From: Candidatus Latescibacterota bacterium
Lineage (GTDB): Bacteria > Latescibacterota > UBA2968 > UBA8231
Length of the DNA: 64,000 nucleotides
Assembly (NCBI GenBank): GCA_965217585.1
Contig: OZ244561.1
Location: 2,496,001-2,560,000, forward strand
Direction of reading: 5' to 3'
This document shows, one piece after another, positions 47,636 to 57,111 of this stretch; the first letter of the stretch is position 1, and each line of letters begins with the position of its first letter. The notes under the pieces were generated by a model. It worked only from the letters and a program-made list of their open reading frames with translations, searched no databases and was not told the DNA's origin. The position numbers were made by a program, and so were the translations under genes.

Positions 47636-48889
47636 TTATCTTTTAACGAACAGCTCATATATGTCCACTGTGCCATTGGACTTCTCCGCTGCTTCTACTG
47701 GTGGTGGCCTATAAACATAAATCTGGCTCTTCCAAGATGCTATTCTTCCGCCTATCCCGCTTGCTTTAGCTTTAACTACAGTTCCCTGAGAATCTTTTTT
47801 GATACCTTCAAGAGATTGATATGCAGCACCATTGAGCGAGTATGCCTCAATCAATTCCGACGAATCCGAAGTCACCAAATCATAAAGCGTCCATTCATTT
47901 GGTGACTGTGGTCTCTCACGAGAAGTGTGTGAGATTAATAGGTAACGATCATCTATCAGGACCATGCTAGTCGCCCGATTGATTCCACTCATTATTAGGG
48001 AGAAATCGCCCCGATCTGTTGATCCACAGTCTAGGCCGTGGTACTCCCTCGATAAGAATTTGAAATCTGGCTGCTGCTTCTCAAGGGTGAAGACGTTATA
48101 ACTAGGCACAAGAGCACCGAATTGCCGCAGGAGATCACCGGTGGAGGCATCGATCTCTTTTACCATGTAGTCATTGGCCTCCAGATAATACAGACGATTT
48201 TGCATAGTATTATAGCGTAGTTGAGCAGGGTTACGTAGGTAGCATGAAATGATCTGATCTGTCTTACTAGAGAGAGGTATGGTATATTCTACTGCCCTAT
48301 TGAGGCCAGTAATTTTCTGTATCTGTATGATAGATCCACCATGTTTATTCTCCATAACGATCAGTGCATCATCTCGGTTGATCAACAAGCCTCTACATCC
48401 AACCCAGCTCATCTTATCATCAAGGTACTGACCTTGTCGATTATAATGCAATAATTGGCCGTATATAGGATCCATGATATAGACATCTCCCTTGGAATCC
48501 ATAGCCATCGCCTCAGCACCCCCATATTCCCCAGGCCCCTTCCCAGTGCGTCCGAAAGACCGGATATATTTGCCATCGTTCAGGCTGAACTCGTGCGCCC
48601 TACGAGATATCCGATCTGTAAGGAGTAAGGAACTATCAGGAGTAATGCCCATCCAGCGTATCCTGCCAATACCCGGAACTGCCTTATCAAATACCAATTC
48701 GACTGTACGCTTGAGTTCAAGGCCCATCTCCCCGGCATATTCTACAGGCACTTTGGGAATACTCGACTCGTCTAGCTGCTCCTGCGCCGCAACAGACTTG
48801 ACCCCGCCATAGCCTGCTATCACCCACGTAATGAGCATGGCCCTGAAGAAGATCAAGACGTTATTAAAGGTGAAAGTACTGGAGATCAT
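47636..48889 (-). CDS. Exported 6-bladed beta-propeller (TolB-like/NHL) protein (alternative start 49006)
   Basis: Hydrophobic N-terminus ending VAA-QEQ; FGRTGKGPGEY and DSKGDVYIMD propeller motifs; low GC. Confidence 0.8.
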   Translation of the reverse strand: MISSTFTFNNVLIFFRAMLITWVIAGYGGVKSVAAQEQLDESSIPKVPVEYAGEMGLELKRTVELVFDKAVPGIGRIRWMGITPDSSLLLTDRISRRAHEFSLNDGKYIRSFGRTGKGPGEYGGAEAMAMDSKGDVYIMDPIYGQLLHYNRQGQYLDDKMSWVGCRGLLINRDDALIVMENKHGGSIIQIQKITGLNRAVEYTIPLSSKTDQIISCYLRNPAQLRYNTMQNRLYYLEANDYMVKEIDASTGDLLRQFGALVPSYNVFTLEKQQPDFKFLSREYHGLDCGSTDRGDFSLIMSGINRATSMVLIDDRYLLISHTSRERPQSPNEWTLYDLVTSDSSELIEAYSLNGAAYQSLEGIKKDSQGTVVKAKASGIGGRIASWKSQIYVYRPPPVEAAEKSNGTVDIYELFVKR

Positions 48890-49061
48890 GAACCGACTCT
48901 TTCTCAATGTTACAGGTGCTCGCGGAATCCAAACCGCTATCGGCAGGAATACCCTTCGCAGATTAAAGATAGCCACCGATTCGGTGTGCTTATATAGAGA
49001 GAACATCTTATTTCCTCCTTCAGAAAAGCTGATTTTGCGACCCAAGCGTCCCGGAGCCTCC

Positions 49062-49706
49062 CTACTCCAGCGACACAATTCCTTCTCTGATCGCGTATTT
49101 GGTCAACTCAGCCACCCCGTTCATGCCGAGCTTCTTCATGAGATTCTGGCGATGATTGCCCACAGTTTTCTCGCTCACTACGAGTTGATCGGCTATTTGC
49201 GGGGTCGTTTTTCCCTCGGCGATAAGCTGCAGCACCTCTCGCTCGCGGGATGTCAGGAGGGGCGAGGCGGCACCATCGGCGAGGCGTTGCGCGTAATCGG
49301 CGATGAGAGGGTCAATCAATTGCGGGCTCACGTACTTGCGGCCGGCCTGTACCTCCCGGATCGCTTCCACCACCTCACGGGCCGCCGCCTCTTTCAGCAC
49401 ATAGCCCAAAGCCCCCACCTGCAACATGGCGGCCACAAAGCGCTGGTCCGAGCGCGACGACAGCGCCACCACCTTCACGCTCGGCTCCCTATCCCGTATC
49501 TGCCGAGTCGCCTCAATGCCATTCAAGTCGGGCAGGCCAATATCCATGACCACAATGTGGGGTAGGTGCTTGAAGACCAAGGCGACGGCTGTACGGCCGG
49601 CCCCGGCCTCGGCGACTACCTCAATATCGCTTTCTTTCTCACACAGCGAACACACCCCTTGGCGCGTAACTTCGTGATCGTCCACAAGCAAGACCCGCGT
49701 ACTCAT
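49062..49706 (-). CDS. NarL/FixJ-family response regulator (REC plus LuxR HTH)
   Basis: LVDDH, MDIGLP..NG, GYVLK, LTSREREVLQLIAEG..T..IA..L..S.KTV..HR.NLM.KL. Confidence 0.95.
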   Translation of the reverse strand: MSTRVLLVDDHEVTRQGVCSLCEKESDIEVVAEAGAGRTAVALVFKHLPHIVVMDIGLPDLNGIEATRQIRDREPSVKVVALSSRSDQRFVAAMLQVGALGYVLKEAAAREVVEAIREVQAGRKYVSPQLIDPLIADYAQRLADGAASPLLTSREREVLQLIAEGKTTPQIADQLVVSEKTVGNHRQNLMKKLGMNGVAELTKYAIREGIVSLE

Positions 49707-49820
49707 ATAAACCGACTCTTTCTATGGGAATATGGCTCGTGGGAAACGCCGCGACCTATTCACAGCATTTGGCACGGACCTTGAGGAGGAACACCGGCTA
49801 GCCGTTCCGAAGAGGCCGCA

Positions 49821-49848
49821 AACATAACGGGTATTCATACGTTGTCAA
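49821..49848 (-). promoter_or_regulatory. Sigma70-like promoter TTGACA-N16-TATGTT for the regulator/cluster
   Basis: Perfect -35 at 49848-43; -10 at 49826-21, the same hexamer as the 12461/15322 promoters. Confidence 0.55.
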
Positions 49849-49997
49849 AACAGAAATTCAAGAACACCGGCCATTCAGACGCCATCTTGACGGTCAATGG
49901 GTTTTAGCTACATGTTGCGTACGGACGGCTTGCCGCCATCGGCGAGGCGTTGCGCATAAGTCGAGCCGATCTAGCCCCAAGGTCTTTCGGCCGGGAC

Positions 49998-50026
49998 TTT
50001 GCAGGCTAGCCCCTGTGCTCTATAAT
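49998..50026 (+). promoter_or_regulatory. Sigma70-like promoter for the TA operon
   Basis: tttgca/ttgcag with 16-17 bp spacer to a perfect TATAAT (50021-26). Confidence 0.5.
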
Positions 50027-50095
50027 AAGGCCGTCCATAAGGGAGAGGACGATTAGTGTTGCTGCGATCTGATATACAGAAACAGAGGTAGCCCA

Positions 50096-50317
50096 ATGAA
50101 TGAGTTTATCGTTGTAGATCCAGAGATTTGTTCGGGGAAGCCTATAGTTTGCGGTACGCGGATCATGGTAAAAAATATCTTGGGAATGGTGGCAGGCGGA
50201 TATGCGGTTGACCAGATTGTCGAAGCCTATCCCGAACTGACTCAGGAGATGGTGCAAGCCGCTTTGCAATATGCAGCGGCAGTCATAGATGAGGAACAAG
50301 TGATCGCACGTGCATGA
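50096..50317 (+). CDS. DUF433 family antitoxin (VapB45-like)
   Basis: IVVDPEICSGKP...GTRI.V..IL......YPEL. Confidence 0.92.
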   Translation: MNEFIVVDPEICSGKPIVCGTRIMVKNILGMVAGGYAVDQIVEAYPELTQEMVQAALQYAAAVIDEEQVIARA

Positions 50318-50687
50318 ATCGCGGTTGGCGATCTGACTCGATCAGAATGTGCCATTGGTCGTAGCGAGCTGGTTGAGGAATCAGCGCCCTCATTGGAAGA
50401 TTCAACACGTCAACGAACTCGGTTTTCAAGGTCGTTCCGACGGTTTCCTATATCACTGGGCTCAGGAAAATGAAGCGATTATCGTTACGTACGATGAAGA
50501 TTTTGCTGATGCCCGTATGTATCCACTTGGCCACCATCGAGGCATTGTCCGGCTGCGCGTCTGGCCAACGACAACAGAGCAAACACAAGACGCCCTTTCG
50601 CGCCTGCTGGCTGATCTACCTGCAGCTGATTGGCGCGATAACTTGATCATCATTGACAATCGGAAAATCAGAGTGCGTAAATTATAA
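50310..50687 (+). pseudogene. DUF5615 PIN-like toxin with a premature TGA at 50334
   Basis: GTG-HESRLAI*LDQNVP...G.SD...WA....IIVTYDEDF...GIVRLR. Confidence 0.75.
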
Positions 50688-50779
50688 GTAGCCCCGCGCT
50701 CTATACGCTTCGGAGGTAGGCTATCTTCCCCTTATGATCGACCTGACCGGCCAACCACCTCAACAGGAGACTCGCGGCC

Positions 50780-51271
50780 ATGAACTGGACTGAAGTGTGC
50801 CAAAACAAGGCCCTGCAGGACCTACCCTTCAAGATCGAACTAAACGAATGGGGGCAAATAACCATGACGTCGGCCCCAAATAAACGCGGCCATATCCAAG
50901 TCCTCATCGCCTTCACATTGATGCAGCAGAAAACAGCAGGGCGCGTCCTGACCAAGTGCTCGGTCCAGATCAGCCAAGGGGTCAAAGTCGCCGATGCGGC
51001 TTGGGGTTCGGACGCTTTCTTCGCCCGCCACGGAATGGATACGCCCTATCTCCAAGCGCCGGAACTATGCGTTGAAATTCGCTCGCCCTCCAACTCCATC
51101 GGCGAGATGCTGGCCAAGAAGGATCTGTACTTGGCTCGGGGTGCCCAGGAATCCTGGCTTGTCGACGAAGAAGGTCGCCTGAGCTTTTACTCCTATGGTG
51201 GAGAACAAGAGCAATCGACCCTGTTCGCCGACTTTCCTTCAGCCCTAGCCGTTCCAAAGGAGACCCCATGA
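50780..51271 (+). CDS. Uma2 family (DUF820) PD-(D/E)xK endonuclease-like protein
   Basis: DLPFKIELNEWG, KVAD.AW, APELCVEIRSPSN, YLARGA.E.W. Confidence 0.88.
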   Translation: MNWTEVCQNKALQDLPFKIELNEWGQITMTSAPNKRGHIQVLIAFTLMQQKTAGRVLTKCSVQISQGVKVADAAWGSDAFFARHGMDTPYLQAPELCVEIRSPSNSIGEMLAKKDLYLARGAQESWLVDEEGRLSFYSYGGEQEQSTLFADFPSALAVPKETP

Positions 51272-51525
51272 CCGAACCCGTAACGCAAGCCCAAGACCAC
51301 GACCGCCGCATTGGACGGCTGGAAGGAATCGCCGAGCAGCTAGACCACCGCTTGGATGCCATTGAGCGCGGCCAAGCGCAGGGCTTTGCCGAGGTCCGGC
51401 AAGCCATCGCCGAGCAAGGCCGCCAGCTCAACGCCCGCCTTGACTCGCTCACCCGCTGGCTAGTGGGGGTGCAGATAGCCAGCCTCATCGCGCTGGGTAC
51501 GCTGATTTTGTCGCGCTTGCCCTAA
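51268..51525 (+). CDS. Small coiled-coil protein with a C-terminal TM helix (DUF1640/XhlA-like)
   Basis: Heptad-like RIGRLEG..EQLDHRLDAIE; ends RWLVGVQIASLIALGTLIL; AAGGAG RBS. Confidence 0.65.
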   Translation: MTEPVTQAQDHDRRIGRLEGIAEQLDHRLDAIERGQAQGFAEVRQAIAEQGRQLNARLDSLTRWLVGVQIASLIALGTLILSRLP

Positions 51526-51578
51526 TCCGGTCCACACCGCCGGGGCGGAGTGCCCGCCCTCTTTCCCGCAGACAACAG

Positions 51579-52829
51579 ATGCTCAACTTACTGCGCCGCC
51601 AATTTCTCGAATGGGGCCTCGGCAAGGACCTCGGAGAAGATCTCGCCGCACTGGTCGCCTTGGCTTTAGTGGCCTTAGTCGCCGTGCTCGCCCATCGCTT
51701 AGCCAGAGGGCCTCTACTCCGCGGCCTCACCGCCATCATTCGCCGCACCGATATCCCTTGGGACGATGCCCTAATCGAGTGCCGGGCCCTGCACCGGCTG
51801 GCCCATATAGTCCCCGGCCTCATCTTCTACCACCTAGGGCCGCTGGCCTTAGAAGGCCACCCCGTTTCCGTCAATATCATCCAGACCGCAGCGCATATTT
51901 ATCTGGTGCTCTCCGGCTTACTAGCCGTCGATGCGTTGATAAGCGCGGGCGTCCGCATCTACCACGGCACTAGGTCCTCGCACGAAGTCTCCATCAAGGG
52001 GCTGGTGCAGTTTTTCAAGATAATCCTCTATTTGCTCGGCAGCGTCCTCGTCGTCTCAATCCTAATCGGCCAATCGCCGCTCTTCTTACTCGGCGGCCTG
52101 ACGGCGATGACCGCGGTTTTGCTTTTAGTCTTCCGCGACTCGATCCTCGGGTTAGTCGCTGGCATCCAGATCTCGGTAAATCGCATGGTCGCCTATGGCG
52201 ACTGGATTGAAATGCCCCAGTACGGGGCCGACGGCGACGTGATCGACATAACGCTGACGACGGTCAAGGTCCAAAACTGGGACAAGACCATCACGACCAT
52301 CCCCACGTACTCGCTGATCAGCGAGTCGTTCAAAAACTGGCGCGGGATGCAGGACTCGGGCGGGCGCCGGATCAAACGGGCAATCTGCCTCGATGTCAGC
52401 ACCATCGTGTTTTGCGACGAGGAAATGCTCGCACGCTTTGCCAAAATCCAGTACATCACCGCCCACATTGAGCGGAAGAAGCAAGAGCTAGCCGAATACA
52501 ACAAGCTCAACCAAGTGGACCTTTCGCATCTGGTAAATGGCCGGCGCATGACCAATATCGGCACCTTCCGCGCCTATGTGCAGGCCTATCTGAAACACCA
52601 TCCGCAGATCAACCAAGAGATGACCTTTCTGATTCGTCAGCTAGCGCCGACCTCCAAGGGGCTACCCATCGAAATCTATGTCTTCTGCAAGGATATAGTC
52701 TGGGCCAACTACGAGGCGATTCAGGCCGACATTTTCGACCACATCTTCGCCATTGTGCCCGCCTTTGATCTGCGTGTTTTTCAGGAGCCGACGGGGACGG
52801 ACTTTCAGGCACTGGGGGAATCGCAGTAA
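51579..52829 (+). CDS. Miniconductance mechanosensitive channel (YbdG-like MscS family)
   Basis: GDWIEMP.YGADGDV.DI.LTTVKVQNWDKTITTIP; NWRGM.DSGGRRIKR. Confidence 0.92.
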   Translation: MLNLLRRQFLEWGLGKDLGEDLAALVALALVALVAVLAHRLARGPLLRGLTAIIRRTDIPWDDALIECRALHRLAHIVPGLIFYHLGPLALEGHPVSVNIIQTAAHIYLVLSGLLAVDALISAGVRIYHGTRSSHEVSIKGLVQFFKIILYLLGSVLVVSILIGQSPLFLLGGLTAMTAVLLLVFRDSILGLVAGIQISVNRMVAYGDWIEMPQYGADGDVIDITLTTVKVQNWDKTITTIPTYSLISESFKNWRGMQDSGGRRIKRAICLDVSTIVFCDEEMLARFAKIQYITAHIERKKQELAEYNKLNQVDLSHLVNGRRMTNIGTFRAYVQAYLKHHPQINQEMTFLIRQLAPTSKGLPIEIYVFCKDIVWANYEAIQADIFDHIFAIVPAFDLRVFQEPTGTDFQALGESQ

Positions 52830-52851
52830 GATGCCCCGCCCCTCATCCCGT

Positions 52852-52881
52852 ATCTGCGCTCATCTGCGTTTATCTGCGGAT
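52852..52881 (+). repeat. Three tandem decamers ending ATCTGCGGAT
   Basis: atctgcgctc atctgcgttt atctgcggat. Confidence 0.8.
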
Positions 52882-52899
52882 AAAAATAGAAGGATCCCT

Positions 52900-53400
52900 A
52901 TGCCCACTGAAAACTTGCTCTACACCACCATGCCCAGTTCCATCGGCGAGCTGCTCCTAGCCGGCGACCGCACCGGCTTGCGGCACATCCATTTCAAAAG
53001 CCGCGACTTTACCCAGCCGCCGGATTGGCAGGCCGTGCCTGCCTTGCCCTACCCGGTCGCCGAACAGCTCGATGCTTACTTCGCCGAGCACCTGCACAGC
53101 TTCGATCTGCCGCTCCATCCCCAAGGAACGGCGTTTCAGCGCAAAGTCTGGGCCGCACTCGCGGAGATTCCCTACGGCGAGACGATCTCCTACTTGGAGC
53201 TAGCTCGCCGCATCGGCAATCCAAACTCGGTCCGCGCCGTCGGCTTGGCCAACGGCAAGAACCCCCTGCCGATTGTCGTGCCTTGTCACCGCGTCATTGG
53301 CAGCAATGGCGCGCTGGTCGGCTACGCCGGAGGACTGCCGATCAAAAGAGCGTTGCTCGCCCTCGAAGGTGCGCTTTCTCCTCAACTCGATCTCTTTTAA
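52900..53400 (+). CDS. ogt: Methylated-DNA--protein-cysteine methyltransferase
   Basis: GTAFQRKVW, IPYGET.SY, RAVG.ANG.NP, PCHRV. Confidence 0.95.
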   Translation: MPTENLLYTTMPSSIGELLLAGDRTGLRHIHFKSRDFTQPPDWQAVPALPYPVAEQLDAYFAEHLHSFDLPLHPQGTAFQRKVWAALAEIPYGETISYLELARRIGNPNSVRAVGLANGKNPLPIVVPCHRVIGSNGALVGYAGGLPIKRALLALEGALSPQLDLF

Positions 53401-53413
53401 GGTTGGAGGTCCC

Positions 53414-54517
53414 ATGTCCACTTATCGCGTTGCTATCATCGGCACGGGTCGCGTCGGCTATCAGTTCAGTTTCTCCGACCTGCCCGACAACCACGCCGCC
53501 GCTGTCGCTCAACACCCTTCCTGCGAATTGGTCGCCGGCGTCAATCGAGGGCGCGAAAAGCTCGACGCCTTCGGCGAGCGCTTCGGCGTGGAGGCGCTCT
53601 ACCACGACTATCGGCAAATGCTCGCCGAGGTGCAGCCCGACATCTGCATCGTCGCCACCCACCCCGAACTCCACGCCGCAATGGTCACCGACTGCGCCCA
53701 AGCCTCCTCGACCCAAGCCATCATCTGCGAAAAGCCAATGGCCCTTTCGCTGGAGGAATGCGACCAGATGATCGCGGCCTGCCAAGCGGAGGACGTGCTC
53801 TTGCAGATCAACCACAACCGCCGCTGGCACTCCGAATGGGTTCTCGCCAAAACGCTCCTCGACGCGGGGGCTATCGGCGAGTTCAACCACATCTATTGCT
53901 ACATGGATGGGGGCAAGCCGGCACCTTGGTGGCGCAGCGAGAACGAAGGCCCCTTACTGCACGACTTCACCCACTATTTCGACCTGATGGATCTCTACGC
54001 TGGCGAGGTGGATTGGCTGTGCGGCATGGCTGAACAGCGCCTGCGTCCCTGGGCGGTCGAGGATTTTTCGGCCGCTATGCTCAAGTTCAAAGGGGGGGGC
54101 ACTGGGCTGATCTGCGGTGCCGAGCTGACCCAGTACACCGACAACGCCTTTGAGTTGCGCGGCAGCACCGGCCTGATCCGCATGGACGCCGAGCAGGTCT
54201 GCCTCTTTCAGTCCAAGGTTTCGCTGTCCGAACCTGACAGCGGCTTTGAATGGAGCAGCCTTGAAGAAGTTGAAGTTGAACGGCCGACCCCGGTCTCTAC
54301 GTACGTCGCAGCACTGTCCGAGTTGATAGACGCCCTTGAAGGCCGCGGCATCTTGCGCAGCGACGGTGCCGTGGGCCGCCGCTCGTTGGAAATGGTCATG
54401 GCCATCTATCAGTCACAGCTAGAAGGCAACCGTCCCGTTCACTTCCCCATCTCGCTCGCCGAATCCGGCGTCGAGGCGCTGCGTCGGGCGGGAAGTTTTA
54501 AGGAGCGGGAAGCGTAA
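53414..54517 (+). CDS. Gfo/Idh/MocA family oxidoreductase
   Basis: IIGTG, CEKPMA, DFTHYFD; GGAGG RBS. Confidence 0.9.
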   Translation: MSTYRVAIIGTGRVGYQFSFSDLPDNHAAAVAQHPSCELVAGVNRGREKLDAFGERFGVEALYHDYRQMLAEVQPDICIVATHPELHAAMVTDCAQASSTQAIICEKPMALSLEECDQMIAACQAEDVLLQINHNRRWHSEWVLAKTLLDAGAIGEFNHIYCYMDGGKPAPWWRSENEGPLLHDFTHYFDLMDLYAGEVDWLCGMAEQRLRPWAVEDFSAAMLKFKGGGTGLICGAELTQYTDNAFELRGSTGLIRMDAEQVCLFQSKVSLSEPDSGFEWSSLEEVEVERPTPVSTYVAALSELIDALEGRGILRSDGAVGRRSLEMVMAIYQSQLEGNRPVHFPISLAESGVEALRRAGSFKEREA

Positions 54518-54596
54518 CTATGAACGGGGCCGATCCCTCAATCTATTCAGGCAGCACTCGCGCATATGCACATATAGCTGCGCCCGGAGAATAGAC

Positions 54597-55604
54597 ATGG
54601 CCAAAGCCAAAACGCGACCCAAGCACAAAAGTCGCGCTCGCAAAAATGTTCGCGTCGCCATCATCGGCGCTGGTGGCCGCGCCCTAATGGCCCACTACCC
54701 CTCACTGCGCGACATCCCCGAGGCCCAACTAGTCGCCGTTGCCGAGCTCGACGAACAGCGCCTGCACAAAACCTGTGACCTCTACGACATCAAAGGCCGC
54801 TACAGCGACTACCGCCAAATGCTCGAGCGCGAAAAACCCGACGCGGTCTACGCCATCATGCCGCCGCACCACCTTTTCGACATCTGCGCCACCATTATCG
54901 AACACGGCTGCCATCTCATTATCGAAAAACCCCCCGCCGTTACCACCGAGCAAATCCGCCAGCTCGCCGCTTTAGCCCGCCGCCACAAAGTCCTGACCGG
55001 CGTCGCCTTCCAACGCCGTTTTGCCCCCGTCATTCGTCGCGGTAAAGCGCTGTGCGAAAAACGCGGCACCGTGCACACCGCCCATGCCAGCTTCTATAAA
55101 AATTGGGTCGGCGGTGCTCCTTACTATCGCGGAGCGATGGACATGCTTACTTGCGACGGCATCCACGCCGTCGATACCCTGCGCTACCTGTGCGGCGGCG
55201 AAGTCGAATCCGTCGCTAGCGACTCGCGCCGCCTCGACGCCGGCCATTGGAATGTCCACTTGGCCCTAGTTCGTTTCAGCAGCGGGGCCACCGGACTCTT
55301 GCTCAACAACTTCATGGCCGGTCGGCGGATGTTCAGCGTCGAGGTCCACTCCCCCGGCATCTCCTTCTTCGGCGACCCCGAAGAAGGCGGCCAGCTATAC
55401 GCCGACAACAAGACCGAGCCCATCGACGAATTGGACCCCTCCGTCCTAGCCGGCAGCGCAGAGGACTATCGAGCCTTCGGCCCCTACGATATCAACCGCC
55501 ACTTCGTGGATTGCATGTTAAAGGGAAAAGACCCCGAAACGAATTTCGACGACGCGATCAAGACCATGGAATTGGTCGACGCGGTCTACCGTTCGCAGAT
55601 TTGA
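54597..55604 (+). CDS. Gfo/Idh/MocA family oxidoreductase
   Basis: IIGAG, IEKP, FQRRF, DGIHAVD. Confidence 0.9.
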   Translation: MAKAKTRPKHKSRARKNVRVAIIGAGGRALMAHYPSLRDIPEAQLVAVAELDEQRLHKTCDLYDIKGRYSDYRQMLEREKPDAVYAIMPPHHLFDICATIIEHGCHLIIEKPPAVTTEQIRQLAALARRHKVLTGVAFQRRFAPVIRRGKALCEKRGTVHTAHASFYKNWVGGAPYYRGAMDMLTCDGIHAVDTLRYLCGGEVESVASDSRRLDAGHWNVHLALVRFSSGATGLLLNNFMAGRRMFSVEVHSPGISFFGDPEEGGQLYADNKTEPIDELDPSVLAGSAEDYRAFGPYDINRHFVDCMLKGKDPETNFDDAIKTMELVDAVYRSQI

Positions 55605-55680
55605 TCAGCGCTGATCTGGCGTGAGATTTTACCTATTGCCCCTCAGTAGGCTGGCCGTGGTGCCGCTGCCTTCTTAGGCG

Positions 55681-56085
55681 TCACTCGGCGACGCACCGTC
55701 CATCCCCATACGCCAAAACCGGCTCGTTGGGCACTGAGCAGTCCGAAGCATATCCATAGCGCTCGTTCATCTCGGCTTCAAAGGCGTTATACGCTGTCAG
55801 TCGCTCGGCTAGTGCCGTCGAATCGGTGGACGAGGCGGAGTAGATTACGAAATCCCAAGGCCCACCGCAGGGCTTGGAGCCCAAGCCCGAGTAGCGACAG
55901 TCCTCAATGGACGCGCCCGCAGCGTCGCCGACGAGCGCCTCGATTTCCCGTCGCATCTCCGCTAGCTGTGCACGGTCGCCTTCCTCGGTCTGCTGGTCGC
56001 CATTGTTGTCTCCAGCGACAGGATCCGAGTCGCCACAAGCAACGAGGGAAACGGCGATCAATGCCGCCGCAACCAAGTATCGCAT
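55681..56085 (-). CDS. Lipoprotein with a Cys-rich domain
   Basis: Lipobox LVAC; C...GSKPCGGP...SDC...C. Confidence 0.75.
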   Translation of the reverse strand: MRYLVAAALIAVSLVACGDSDPVAGDNNGDQQTEEGDRAQLAEMRREIEALVGDAAGASIEDCRYSGLGSKPCGGPWDFVIYSASSTDSTALAERLTAYNAFEAEMNERYGYASDCSVPNEPVLAYGDGRCVAE

Positions 56086-56134
56086 GGTCTTCCTTTCTGT
56101 TAAAAGAGAGCCATAGTCCGCACTGTGAGAACAC

Positions 56135-57100
56135 CTAACCTGCTGAACGGTTCCCCCACCGCGTCGCGATAACTGCATCCGCAAAAATCTGCCCTAGGTG
56201 AAACACAATACAAGGTATTGCTATCAATCCCTTCTGCTCGGGCGACACCGCTGAATCCGGCAAAAACGCCAGCACCGTCATCGCCACCGGCAAGGTCTTC
56301 TGGCTGGCCATCAGCACAACGGCCTTGTGCGCCGCCGCTTCGAGTTGCAACAGCACGCAAGCGCCGCCGTTGAGCAGCAGGTAGAGCCCGTGGATTGCCA
56401 AGCCAGACACCACCAGAATCAACAAGCTCACCGGCTCTATCTGGGCTAGCCGTCCAGAAGACTCGCTGAATTTCATCCACGGAATCGAGATCAGCGCCGC
56501 GTTGCTGGCCAAAGTCAACCGCGAGCGCTGGGCGTTGATCCAATCGACGGCGAAGCGCCGCAGGTACTTGCCGACGCCCAAGGGCAGCAAGATCGAAAGA
56601 CAGAGTTTGGCGAACAGATCGCCGGCCGAAAGTTCGACCTGACCTAGGGAACTCAGAAGATGCGCTAATACGAAGGGCACCGTGAAGATGCCGACGATAT
56701 TGGTCAGCACCGTCAAAAGCAGGGCCAAGGCTACGTTGCCTCGGGCCTGCGCCGTCAACGCCACACCCGAGGTCAGGGTCGTCGGCATGCAGCAGAACAG
56801 GGCTAGACCGAATTGGAAGGCGGGCTCCATCGGGAGCTGGAACGCGATCGCTGCTCCCAGAAAGGGCGTGGCGAAGAGAATCGAAACACACCCCCAAGAC
56901 GTCGCCTTCCACGCGGCGAGGGCGGCGTGGACTTCGTCGGTCTTCAGCATCAGCCCGGAAAGGAAAAAGATAATACTGACCGCGACGTACTGCGTGGGCA
57001 GTTCGGCCATGTAGAGGCCCGGACGGGGAAAGAAGAAACCCACCACGGCCGCAGCCAACAGACCAACGGGTAGGAATTGTCGCTGTAGGAAACCTAGCAT
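56135..57100 (-). CDS. Bile acid:sodium symporter family (SBF-like) transporter
   Basis: IFFLSGLML, MPTTLTSGVALT..ARGN, SQKTLP. Confidence 0.9.
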   Translation of the reverse strand: MLGFLQRQFLPVGLLAAAVVGFFFPRPGLYMAELPTQYVAVSIIFFLSGLMLKTDEVHAALAAWKATSWGCVSILFATPFLGAAIAFQLPMEPAFQFGLALFCCMPTTLTSGVALTAQARGNVALALLLTVLTNIVGIFTVPFVLAHLLSSLGQVELSAGDLFAKLCLSILLPLGVGKYLRRFAVDWINAQRSRLTLASNAALISIPWMKFSESSGRLAQIEPVSLLILVVSGLAIHGLYLLLNGGACVLLQLEAAAHKAVVLMASQKTLPVAMTVLAFLPDSAVSPEQKGLIAIPCIVFHLGQIFADAVIATRWGNRSAG

Positions 57101-57111
57101 TGCTCGCTAAT

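Noticed and set aside
45187-50336. Pyrrolysine or selenocysteine readthrough at TAG 45187 and TGA 50334
   Set aside because: Neither protein family uses these residues and both stops end normal genes here; nonsense mutation is simpler
33874-51525. Integrase-type genomic island or prophage
   Set aside because: No integrase, tRNA, phage gene or flanking att repeat seen
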